This document shows positions 17,680 to 28,268 of a stretch of DNA of 64,000 nucleotides, piece by piece (within the stretch, counting starts at the first letter, position 1; the number at the start of each line of letters is the position of its first letter). The stretch covers positions 384,001 to 448,000 of the forward strand of contig CAVVJT010000010.1 of assembly GCA_963748625.1 (NCBI GenBank). The letters are read 5' to 3'. The position numbers were made by a program, and so were the translations under genes. The notes below the pieces were generated by a model, which did not search any database, had not been told where the DNA came from, and saw nothing but the letters and a program-made list of their open reading frames with translations. Source of the DNA: an uncultured Chloroflexia bacterium (GTDB lineage Bacteria; Chloroflexota; Limnocylindria; Limnocylindrales; CSP1-4).

Positions 17680-20268
17680 CAGGCAGCCCCATCAATCTCG
17701 TCATCGAAGTCCGTCTCGCCCTCGGGCTCTTCGACGTAGGCCTCCGCCAGGAAGGCGGTCTTGTAGGTCTGTGGCGTGCTGTTCTGGGCCTTCGGGAACA
17801 CGATGCCCAAGCCGATCACGTCCTCAACCGCACCGAGGGGCTCACGGTCCCCTCCGGCCTCTCCACCGTCCTTGTCCAGTACGTAGACGAGCAGAAGGGG
17901 AACTGCTGCCCTCCTCTCAAGGATCCGGTCCAGCGCCGCGGCGCCCGTCGGAGTCGTGCGATCTGCGAGATCAAGGACCAAGTCCCCGGCGCTCACGATG
18001 ACGCCCATGCGCGCAGTCGCATCATCGGACGCCTTCAGGCGGGACCGCTTGAGTGCACCCACCTTCACGTCGGGCGTGAACTTCACCTCTCGGCCATCAG
18101 AGCGTCCGATGAACGCGACATTCCACCGAGTGAGTTCCTGGCGCTTCACCTGGTCGCGGATGTATCCGCCGATGGTGTCGCCGGAGAGGCTGCGGGCACC
18201 TTCGTGGAAACGGTACGTCTCGACAAAGTCGAGCACGGATCCGTACTCGACCCCACGACAGACGACCGACCCGCGTACGTCGTACCGCTCGCTCGCGGCC
18301 GCCCTCGCGAGGCGCTCAGCAGCTCGAAGGTTGTCGCACAGGAACTGAGGGTCCCTGTGGTGGAACATGATCGTCTGCACCAATTGCCCGCTGAATGACA
18401 CCTCTGCGTCCACAGCCCGCCGCATCTTCAGCGGGGAGGTGATGCTCAGGGCCGGGTGGCAGCGGATCCTCGGCCCGAACTGACGGGGTGTCAGGCCTTC
18501 GCTTTCATACCGTGCTATGTCGAAACGGATCTCCTGCTCAACCAGCGCGAGATCGGCGAACGATCCTTCCAGCTCCTTGGTCATCCAGATCCGCGGCAAG
18601 TCCTCGTACCCGTCACGGTAGCCAAACCAGCGACCCATCTGGAGGAGCGTGTCGTACGAGCCCGCGGCCCGGACGAAGTAGCTGACCACAAGGCCCTCGA
18701 GAGTGAGCCCTCTCGATAGGACGTTCCCCCCGATCACGATGAACACGGACCCGGGCTTGGCATAAGTGAGGCGCCTCGCACTCTGGGCGTTCTCGATGAC
18801 TACCTCGAGTGCGGCGAGCACTCCGGGAAGTGCTTCGGCCAGTTCTACAAACGCGACCGACCTAGGCCACAGCCCCTCGGGCTGAACGCGTCCCACCTCT
18901 GCAGCCCACAGCGAGCGGAGCTCCTCGATGAGGGTGGCATCGCCGCTGTCGATCTTCTGCTTGAGTTCGGCAAGAAGACCGCCGAGCGCATGGGCCATCT
19001 TGTTCTGCACGTCCACGTACATCGAGGTGTGTACGAGCATGCTGGAGTGCTCGTCCCGATCGCCGCGCGCCCAGCGAGCTGCAGTTGCCATCACGAAGTA
19101 GGCGGTAGCAGAGCGGAGCGACTCGGTGACCTCCGGATCGAACTGGCCGCGCGACTTTGCCGTCCGTGGCTGAAGAGCGACGATCTCGTCTTCAGGGACC
19201 TGCCGGACGACGTCCAGGCCGGGCCTTCCTGTTTCTGACTCGTCCGGCAAGCGGTCTCGTCCGAACAGGCGCTCCGTGCCGAAATAGGTCCCCGGCCGCG
19301 GCAGGTCGAAGATGAAGTCGCGGGGGTACAGGTCGTCATCCTCGGCGTCCCGCATGCCGATGAGGACATTCGCGAATGGAGTGGCGGTGTAGCCAACGTA
19401 AGCGGAACGGGGATACACGCGGAGGAGTTCGCGAATCCGGTCGTTGATGGAGGACGGATCGGAGTCGGACGCGGTGTTCGATACTCGCCTGATCTGCCTC
19501 ATCGTCAATGACCAGGAGCGGGCAGTCCGCGAGGACACCCGAACTGGCCCTCCGACTCCACGTGATCAACTTCTTCAGGCGCACGGAGTTCTTCTTAACG
19601 ACCGCCAAGACGCGCTGGTCGCTGTCACCACGGAGGATCGCGTCCGGCTGCTTCCAGCTCCCAACCTTGAAGTCAGATTCCTCACTTGTGAGGCTGTGCC
19701 ACATCTGTTTCGTAAGAGGTGTGAGGTCGACTATCTCGCGGTCCAACCGCTTCTGCGTCTGGACTCGCAGTGCCTCATGCACGCCCGCAAGCACGATGAT
19801 GAATTTGTACCCGGCATCCGCCGCCTTAGCGACCACGGCCGAGTAGTTGGCGGTCTTGCCGCTCTGTACGTACCCAAGGACGAGGCCGCGGGAGTCGAAT
19901 TCGGCTTGTGCCGGATTTGGCAGATGCGCAACAATTCTCGAGCTCGCGCTGTCAATGCTGGAAACGGCCTCTTGGGGGAGCCGCTTTTCCAGCGCCCGGC
20001 GCATCTCCGGCCAGAACGGGTCGTTGGGATGTGGGTTCTGGTACCAGCCCTTGTCCTTCACATCGACAAAGCCGGCAGGGATCTTGTACTTGCGGATCCG
20101 ATCTGCTCGCGCTTCAAAGATCGACAAAGCTGCGGCCAGCCGATCCGGAGGGACCCACCGACTCAGGTCCTGCACCGCCTTGTCTGCGGTCTTTCCGTCC
20201 CGAACCGCGCCGCGAATCGCGTCTACCAGGGGCTCCAGGTCCAAATCCTCGAAGATCGGTTCTTCCAC
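17679..20268 (-). CDS. Z1-domain SF2-helicase-like protein (MzaC-like), frameshift near 19479
   Basis: GLVLGYVQSGKTANY, LVIDDEADQAS, YVGYTATPFAN, GGNVLSRGLTLEGL, YDTLLQMGRWFGYR. The two ORFs join by removing one base. Confidence 0.9.
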
Positions 20269-20385
20269 CGCTACTTCCTCCCCGGCAATCTGCCGCCAGC
20301 CGTCAAGTGCGTGCGCACGCTCACACGTGTTGAGCGAACCTCAGGATCGCGCCTCGACGATCGGGGCAGCGTCCTCGCCCGAACG

Positions 20386-22740
20386 TTAGCCATCCTGCGA
20401 ATCTCCAAGCACTCGCCCTAGGGTCGTTCCCCATCGCGGCGTGATGCGCCGGGTCGCCGGATCGAAGGTGAGAGTGAACGTCGGTCCGGCGTCACCCTGG
20501 CGACGGAACCACGGCTTCACGCCGTTCCGCAACTGCGTCGCGGCGACAACGACCATCCAAGACACATCGCCGTCCTGCAGGGTCCAGGATCCGTCGAGGC
20601 CCGCGTCGGCCGGAACCCGGAGGAAACCGTTCCAGTCCAAGGCATCGCGGACGTCGACGGTCAACCTGACACGGCCAGCTGGATCCCGATCGACACCCGA
20701 GACCACGGCTGGCGCAGGGCCGCCCCGACCGGCATCGGCCGCACGGGCGGCATCAAGGTCCGCGGTGGTGAAGCTCGCACCCGGGATCGCGTAGAGCGAC
20801 GCACCTACCCGTTCCACAACCAGCGACTGGCCCAGCGCCACGCTCATCGTCACCACTTCAATGCCTGCGGCAAGGACCTGGCGCCGGATCACGTGGTAGT
20901 GGACGACGGGGCCACGAGCGCGGAGCACTTCCAGCACGACCCGCTCCGCCACTCCCGGCTGAACGTCCATATCCGGACCGATCCACGCGTACCGCGACCC
21001 TGTATCCCGAACGAATGGACTCTGCGCGAGCGCCTCCTCAAGAACGGCCATTGGGAGTGAAACACCGTGGTCCGCGCGGCGACGAGCATCGCGACGGAGC
21101 GCACGGTTGATCGAGTGGAGCCCCTGCGGCCCCACCACTAGGAGCAGCTTGGCCACGCGCTTGACGAACGGCGTCTCCAGGTCTCGCGGTCGCCACGCCC
21201 AGCAACCACCAGCAAGCCAGCCGATGCCGTCAAGGCCGGCGATATGTTCACGAACCCCTTCCGGATCAACCACGACGCCGATAAGGTCCAACTCCGCTTG
21301 CACCTCGGCAAGCGAGACGAAACCACGACGGCGCAACTGCCGTCGCACTGCTCCGCGAAGTGCTCCATCGTTGGTCTGTATGGCCGCGATGGCTTCCTTC
21401 GACACGCCAAGGACATCCCCGTCCTCGGACTCAACCACTGACCAATCCCGCACCAGCTTCAGGCGCCCGATCTCCTCGAGCGCCTCAAGCTCGACCTCGC
21501 GGTTGGTGAGGCCCATCTGCCGGCACTCGACAGCCAAGTCACGGCGTCGCATCGCTCCGCCCGCCTGCTGCAGGAGGGCCTGGATAAGACACGCGGTCGG
21601 CAGGAAGCGGCCGCGTTCAAGCTGCTTCCGCTCCACCTTGTCAACGATCTGGCGAATCCGCTCACGCGTGAGCTTGTACTCCTGCGCGACCTCATCGAGC
21701 GTCTTTCGACCATCACCGTCCCAACCCCAACGCCTGCAGAGGATCTCGCCGGACCGGTTGGCCGGCACCAAGGCTGACAACTCATCGGACAGGCGCTGTG
21801 GGTGTTCGAGCCGGTCGGCGATGAGCAGGAGCCCCGTCCTGAGTTGATCCCGATACCCCACGAGGCCACGGCGCTGGTCGATCGTCTCACCGAGCACCTC
21901 GCGAATCGAGACATGCTCCGTGCTTCGGAGCCCCAACTGCGGGTCGCTCAGCAGGATCTGGTCCAGCCAAGGATCGAGCATCGTTTGCGCATCCGCCGGA
22001 AGGTCGAGCCACTCCCCGATCGGCGTATGGGCAACGACGGCGGGGTCTTCGGCGGTCTGCTGCTCTGCACGCATCAAGTCAGCGACGCGGGCGTGTCGGT
22101 CGCTGCGAATTGGAGGGGGGCCAGCAAGGGCCTTCAGGATCCCGCTTCGGAGCAATTCGAGCGCGGTCTTGCCGACGGCGTAGAAGGAGAGGAACCGCTC
22201 CTCGGAAAGATCGGCGATGTTGGCGAAGACCAGGTATCCCTCGCGACGGAGCCTGTTGGCGGCGCGGCTGCCAACGACCTCCTCGGTGATTAGCTCGTCC
22301 GACCAGGGTTCTGACTTCAGGACGGCTGCGGTATCCGCGTCGAAGATCGGGGTCCCAGCGACCAAGCCCTGGCGTACGGCCGGGTTCGCGACCCCGGCGT
22401 CTCGCGCATCGGGGATCGGACGCGTGACGAGATCCGTGACGCGCTCCTGCAGGAGGGCGAGCGACGTGACGCCTGCTCCCCGGATCGCCAGGAACTCCTG
22501 CTGCGTGATGCCGGCTAGATGGGCGAGGACCGAGAAGCCAGCGCGCCGAAGGCAGTTGAACCCGCGGACCCCGATGAGATCCGCGGTGATGGAAACGTCC
22601 CGCCAGGGATCTTCGCGGAGCAGCTGCGAGATGGCTGCCGGAAAGACGGGCTCGTCAGGGGCAGGCTTGGGCGCTTGAGCTGGCGCTGGCACGACCCTGC
22701 CCGCGGCGCGAACCCGGAACCGGTGCTTCATCGCGGCCAT
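20386..22740 (-). CDS. Protein with two RNA polymerase alpha-CTD-like HhH domains and a sigma-70 region 4 HTH
   Basis: GVRGFNCLRRAG..EFLAIRGAGVTSL; GSRAANRLRREG..FYAVGKTAL; ILCRRWG..TLDEVAQEYKLTRERIRQI. RBS GGGGGAG before the ATG at 22740. Confidence 0.8.
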   Translation of the reverse strand: MAAMKHRFRVRAAGRVVPAPAQAPKPAPDEPVFPAAISQLLREDPWRDVSITADLIGVRGFNCLRRAGFSVLAHLAGITQQEFLAIRGAGVTSLALLQERVTDLVTRPIPDARDAGVANPAVRQGLVAGTPIFDADTAAVLKSEPWSDELITEEVVGSRAANRLRREGYLVFANIADLSEERFLSFYAVGKTALELLRSGILKALAGPPPIRSDRHARVADLMRAEQQTAEDPAVVAHTPIGEWLDLPADAQTMLDPWLDQILLSDPQLGLRSTEHVSIREVLGETIDQRRGLVGYRDQLRTGLLLIADRLEHPQRLSDELSALVPANRSGEILCRRWGWDGDGRKTLDEVAQEYKLTRERIRQIVDKVERKQLERGRFLPTACLIQALLQQAGGAMRRRDLAVECRQMGLTNREVELEALEEIGRLKLVRDWSVVESEDGDVLGVSKEAIAAIQTNDGALRGAVRRQLRRRGFVSLAEVQAELDLIGVVVDPEGVREHIAGLDGIGWLAGGCWAWRPRDLETPFVKRVAKLLLVVGPQGLHSINRALRRDARRRADHGVSLPMAVLEEALAQSPFVRDTGSRYAWIGPDMDVQPGVAERVVLEVLRARGPVVHYHVIRRQVLAAGIEVVTMSVALGQSLVVERVGASLYAIPGASFTTADLDAARAADAGRGGPAPAVVSGVDRDPAGRVRLTVDVRDALDWNGFLRVPADAGLDGSWTLQDGDVSWMVVVAATQLRNGVKPWFRRQGDAGPTFTLTFDPATRRITPRWGTTLGRVLGDSQDG

Positions 22741-22780
22741 GTCTCCCCCTTGGCACAATGCCGATCTATCAACTCCCCCA

Positions 22781-25700
22781 TCACACCCGCTCCGGGCACA
22801 TCGCCCGATAGTCGCACCACTGGCACGCCTTGCCGGGGGTCGCCGTGAAGTCGCCCGAGCGGATCCGGGCCGCGCGCTCCAGGATCGCCACGCGGGCCGC
22901 ATCGAGCTGGTCGTCCGTGCGGGTGGTGGACATCCGCTGGGCGGTCTCGGTGAAGTAGAGGGTGACGCGCTCGGGCGTGCCCAGGGCCAGCGCGTCGCGG
23001 CAGGCGAGGGCGTAGATGGTCAGCTGGAGGTTCTCGCTGACGTCCTTCTGGCTGGACATGCGGCCGGTCTTGTAGTCGATGACCTCGACGCCGCCGTCCG
23101 GCGTCCGATCGATCCGGTCGATCCCGCCGTGGATGCGCACGGGCGCGCTGCCGTCGTCGGGCATGAGCACGAGCTCGAAGTCCAGCTCCTCGTGCAGGGC
23201 CTCCCCCACCCCCTCCAGCTCGCCTGACCAGAAGTTGTCCAGCATGGTGTCGATGCGGCGCTTGTAGCCGGCCTCGGCGGTGGCGTCGGGGAAGGCCTCG
23301 GGCGTCCAGTTGGCGGCGAAGAGGGTGGCGAGGTCCTCGCGCGTGGGCATGGGCTCGCCCCGCGCGGCGCGCTCGCGGCGCTCCCTGGTGAACGCCTCGA
23401 AGGTGGCGTGCGCCGTGTGACCGAACCCGAAGGCGGCCACGGGCCGGGCGGGCTCCGGGATCCGGTAGACGTAGGCCAGGGCGTACCGCAGCGGACACGC
23501 CTCGTACATGGACAGGCTGCTGTACGAGAAGTGGCCGGGCACGGGCGCCACGGCGAGGAGGTTCGCGCCGGCCCCACTGTCGAGCGCGACGGTCCGGAAG
23601 GTGAGCGGGTCAAGGCCGGCGGCACGGGCCTGGTCTGCCGACATGGCCGCGGACCGGCCGATGTCCACCAGCTGCTGCTCGAACCGGGCCCGGGCGGCGT
23701 CGGCCTCGGGATCGGCGGCAGCGGTGGCCTCCATGCAGGCCGATGAGCTCGGATGCGCGCAGGCGCAGCGCGAGGCGACGCTCACGCGACGAGGGCAGCG
23801 GGAGGACCCGGCGGGCGGCGGCCAGGGCGGCTGTGGCACCGGCAAGACCATCGGGCCCGTCGGCTCCGGCTTCGGTTTGGGTTCCGTCTTCGGCGGCTTC
23901 GGCGTCGGCGGCTTCGGCATCGGCGTCGTCGTCGTCCAGCGTCCGGTCGATGACGGTCAGCTCCGGCCCCCGGCCGTCGAGCAGCTCCGCGATGAACATG
24001 CTCTGGGCCTTCGCGCCCGCGCCCCCGTGCGTGCACAGGAGCAGGCGTTCCTGCGCCCGGGTGATCGCCACGTACAGGAGCCGCCGCTCCTCGTCGAGGT
24101 GGAGGTTGCCGCCCGGGACCTGCTCGCGCAGGAGCTCGCGCGGGAACCAGCCGCTCCCCTGCTCCTTCACGGGCCACTCGCCCTCGAGCAGGTCCGGCAC
24201 CACCACCACGGGGAACTCCAGGCCCTTCGCCTGGTAGAGGGTCATGAGGCGCACGCCCTCGACATCCTCGGACAGCTCCACGCTGGTGGGCAGCTCGCCG
24301 CCCGCGGTCTTGAAGGCCTCGAGGTAGTCGATGAAGTCCGCCAGGGTGCCGCTCGGGTTGGCGGCCTGCCAGTCCGCGGTGAAGCGCAGGAAGCTCGCGA
24401 TGGCGACGACGGAGCGCTTGGCCTCCAGGGTGCCGGTGGCCAGGAGGTCCAGCACGGTGCCGTTGAGCTCCAGGTAGCGCTCCAGGATGGTGTGCGGGCC
24501 GTCGCGCCAGGTCCGCGGGTTGAGCTCCTCGATGGCGGCAAGGAGGTTGCGCAGCTTCGCCCGGAGGGCGGGATCGACGGGGGCGCGGCGTTCGGTTCGG
24601 TCGCCGCCGTTGCCGTTTGCGCCGTTGTTGCCGTTGCCGTTGCCGTTGTTGCCGCTGGCGCCGTGGTGGCTGGTGTCGCCGGCAGCGGGCGCGAGGTTGG
24701 CCTCGCCGCTGTCCACCAGCCGGTGGACGGCCGAGAGCAGGTGGCTGCGGTCGAACTTGGCATCGCGGCTGACCGCGAGGATCTCCAGGGCGTCGAGGCG
24801 CCACGGGCCGCCGGTCATCATGCGCACGAGGGCGGCGTCGTTGGTGGGATCGGCGATGGCGCGCAGGGCCTGCTCGAGGTCCCGGATCTCCGGCGTCTCG
24901 AAGAGCGACAGCCCACCGACGATGGTGAACGGGATGTCCTCCGCCTTGAGCCGATCGACGATGGCGTCGCGGTGCTTGTGCTTGCGGTACAGGACGGCGA
25001 CGTCGTTCCAGGCGCGGCCGGCGGCGTGGAAGGCGCGGATGGCGTCCACGATGGCGACGGCCTCGTCCTCGGGCCCGGCGCAGACGTGGAGCTCGATGGG
25101 GTCGCCCGGGTGCTTGTCGGTCCGCAGGACCTTGTCGGGCGCGAAGCGGGTCTCGTTGCGGCCGATGAGGCGGTTGGCGGCGTCGAGCACGAAGCTGGTG
25201 CTGCGGAAGTTCTGCTCGATGGCGAGGTGGCGCGGGGGTGCGGCCGGCTCCAGGTCGGGCGCGTGCGCCGGGGGCCGACTGAAGCGGGCGTCGAATTCGG
25301 CGAAGGCGGCGAAGCTGGCGCCCCGGAAGCGGTAGATCGACTGGTCGTCGTCACCCACCACCATGACGTTGTCGGGCCGATCGGGCGTGCGGCCCAGAAG
25401 CTCGATGAGCTCGATCTGGGCGACGTTGGCGTCCTGGAACTCGTCCACCAGGATGTAGCGGAACTGGCGCTGCCATCGACGGAGGACGTTGGGGCGGCGT
25501 CTTGAAGAGGCGGGCGACCAGGGCGATCTGCTCGCCGAAGTCGAGGAGGCCGCGCGCGGCGATGGTGTCCTCGTAGGCGCGATAGACGCGGGCGATCTCG
25601 GCGAGGCGCATGACCTCCAGGGCGGCGCCGTCGAGGACGTAGGTGGCGGCGAGCTCATCGATGCGTTGGAGTTGATCGCCGTCCAGGCGGTTGCGGCCGA

Positions 25701-26507
25701 CCAGGCCGCCCGTGCCGATGATGTTGCGGCGGGCCTCCCGCTCGGCGGTCCGCTCGTGCTCGTCGTGCTTGTAGGGCTTGACCTCGAAGCCTGCGGCCTC
25801 GGCGCGCTCCTTGGCGCGGACCCTCGCGTAGTCGCCGCGGACGTCGCGCACGGGCTGCAGGTGGCCGGTGCGGTCCAGGCGCTCGGTGGCCGCCTCGAAG
25901 CTGCCGTAGTCGTGCTTCGTAGATCGTCGCGCTCGGCGTCCACGAAGGCGTCGAAGTCGTCCGGGCTGACCAGCTCGTCCTTGGCGCGGTTGATGAAGCC
26001 CACGAGACCGCCCAGGGCCCAGTCCGCGTGGTAGCGCAGGTCCAGGGCGGGCGTGATCTCGCGCAGGAGGAGGAGCTGGCCGATGCCGTCGAGGACGTCC
26101 GGCCGCGCCGGGAGGCCGGCGTCGGCGGCGTTCTCGGTGAGGATGCGCTGGCAGAAGCTGTGGAAGTTGCTCACGCTCATGCGGGCGCGGGTAGCCGGGC
26201 CCACGGCCTGGTCCAGGCGCTGGCCCAGCTCGGCTGCGGCCTTGACGTTGTAGGTGAGGACGAGGAGCTGCTCGGGCGCGAGGGGGCCGTCGAAGGGGTT
26301 GCCGTGCCTCGGTGCGGGCTCGGCCGGGATGGGGCTGCCCGCGGTCGTGGTATCGCCCTTGGTGGCCAGCAGCCAGCGGACGCGCTCGACGATGACGCGG
26401 GTCTTGCCGGTGCCGGCGCCCGCGATGACGACGGTGGGGCCGTCGGGCGCCTCGACGATGGCGCGCTGGGCCTCGGTGAGCGTCGTCACTGCCCCGTCGC
26501 CGGTCAC
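22781..26507 (-). CDS. UvrD/AddA(AdnB)-like helicase with C-terminal Fe-S PD-(D/E)XK nuclease; about 4 single-base insertions
   Basis: AGAGTGKT, LVDEFQD, VGDDDQSIYRFRGA, QNFRS, QAKGLEFP, EERRLLYVAITRA. Nuclease CPLRY..GIDRID..IDYKTG..QLTIYA..CQWC..C. Shifts near 25930/25915, 25500 and 23735. Confidence 0.88.
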
Positions 26508-27794
26508 TGGCGCACCCATCGGCCGCAGCCTGTCGAGGTGAAGCCCGCGTCGGTAGCGTCGATCACGACCACCTTCGGCGCGTCAACCTCGCCGGCCTCG
26601 ATCGTCTCGGACGCGTCGCCGCTGAAGCCGCGCAGGCGCGACCAGGTGCAGGCGGCCGGGTTAGGCGGGCTGGCGGTCCAGGTGCCAGGGAGCAGGTCGG
26701 TCCCCACGATGAGCGTGCCCTCGCCCACGTTGGTGGTGGAGCCGGTCACCGCGGACAGGTCAGACGACCACTCGCCGCACCCGCCCGACACGAAGGTCCA
26801 GTCCGTCGTCCGCGATCTCAACCACGGCGTACCCGCGCACGGTGGCCTTCACGTTGCCCTCGGGGGTGCGCCGCTCCCAGTAGCAGCTGGGTGTCGGCGC
26901 CCGGGTCCGGTAGATGCCGGGCTGCACGTCCGAGCCCACAGTCAGCGTTTTGCCTTCGCCGAAGGTGACCACGCCCGACGGCGCGGTGGTGGCCCCGGCG
27001 CCGTTCCGCGGCTCCAGGTGCACCCTGACGTTGTCCGTGTCGGACGGATCGTCGGCATCGTGGAATTCGAGGACGTTCCAGCCGTCCCGCAGCTCCACCT
27101 GGACGGACCAGCCGGAGCTCCCCGTGGTGTAGATGGTGCGTCCCTGGCAGGCGGGGGCGCTGCAGACGACGGCGTCGGGGCGCGCGGCGGTTCCGCGGAC
27201 GGTCACCTGGGGGTTGCGAGCCTCGTACCCGTCGGGCGGAAGCTCGTCGCGCGGGAGGCCGTCCACGGTGGTGATCTGGACACCGCCGGACGCGGGGTCG
27301 TAGACGACCTCGAAGAAGTCGACCTGGCCGATAGGGCCGGTGGACTCGCAGGCGAGGTAGTTGGAGCCGTCCTGGAGGTCCAGCCTGACGGTCCACGTGC
27401 CGGGACTGGCGCCCGCCGTCTCGTAGTACTCGGCCTCCTCGGCCCAGCAGTCCACCTGCTCATCCTTGAGGATCTCGATCTCCAGGACTGCGGTGGGCGA
27501 GTGCACGGTGTACAGGGGCTCATCCACGAGGTGCGCGGGCTCGCCGTTGACAGACACGATGCGGAAGGCGGGATCCTCGAGGTCGATGCCGGCCCTCGGC
27601 TCGTCCCAATCGTCCCACGCGCCCATGCCCGGCCAGCCGTCCCAGGCGGTCGGCGGCACGGGCGGACGCACGATACCGATGACCCCCACCACGACGACGG
27701 TCACGACGGTCCACGCGAGTGCGATCGCCAGCAGGCCCCGCACGCCATCGTTCGCAGGTTGCGTCCCGAGCTCGCCGCCGGCAGGGTGCGTCAC
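26504..27794 (-). CDS. Membrane-anchored extracellular protein with two repeated Cys-containing C-terminal domains, frameshift near 26810
   Basis: N-terminal TM helix; repeats VGSDVQPGIYRT..CYWER and VGTDLLPGTWTA..CTWSRL. Confidence 0.7.
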
Positions 27795-27800
27795 GTCTGC

Positions 27801-28268
27801 CTAATACCGGTACAGCGAGGCCACGAAGGGCACCCGGTTGTAGAGCCACAGGCCGATGGGCAGCGTGATGATGAGCACCACCAGCCCCCAGGCGAAGGTC
27901 ATCATCGCCGCCGACGCCCACCACCCCACGAAGATGAACCACAGGCCGCGGATGGGCCACGGCGTCTGCTGGAGCCGGCTCTCGCCCGTCCAGATCGCGC
28001 CCGTGCCGTCAGCGTAGGCGTACGTGTAGGTGGTCCGCGGGCGGAGCGTGAGGACCGTGGGGATGCGGTTGATCAGCCAGATGCCCAGGGGCAGGCCGAT
28101 GATCGTGATCATGGCGAACCAGGCGACGGCGGACACGATCCCGGTCAGCCACCAGCCGACGAACACGAACCAGATCGCACGCACCAGGTAGCCGGGGCCC
28201 GATTTGACCTCAGCGACGACGGGCGGCGGCGCGACGGGGCGGGTGGGCGGCGGCGGGGTATTGGTCAT
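27801..28268 (-). CDS. YccF-domain membrane protein
   Basis: Two repeats of R.(I/L)WF.FVGWW..ITIIGLPLG / LIITLPIG. Confidence 0.8.
   Translation of the reverse strand: MTNTPPPPTRPVAPPPVVAEVKSGPGYLVRAIWFVFVGWWLTGIVSAVAWFAMITIIGLPLGIWLINRIPTVLTLRPRTTYTYAYADGTGAIWTGESRLQQTPWPIRGLWFIFVGWWASAAMMTFAWGLVVLIITLPIGLWLYNRVPFVASLYRY

Noticed and set aside
10967-22740. DISARM class II, BREX or a classical EcoRII type II RM system
   Set aside because: No DrmA/B/C, PglZ or BrxC genes, and the EcoRII-N domain lacks the EcoRII catalytic domain.
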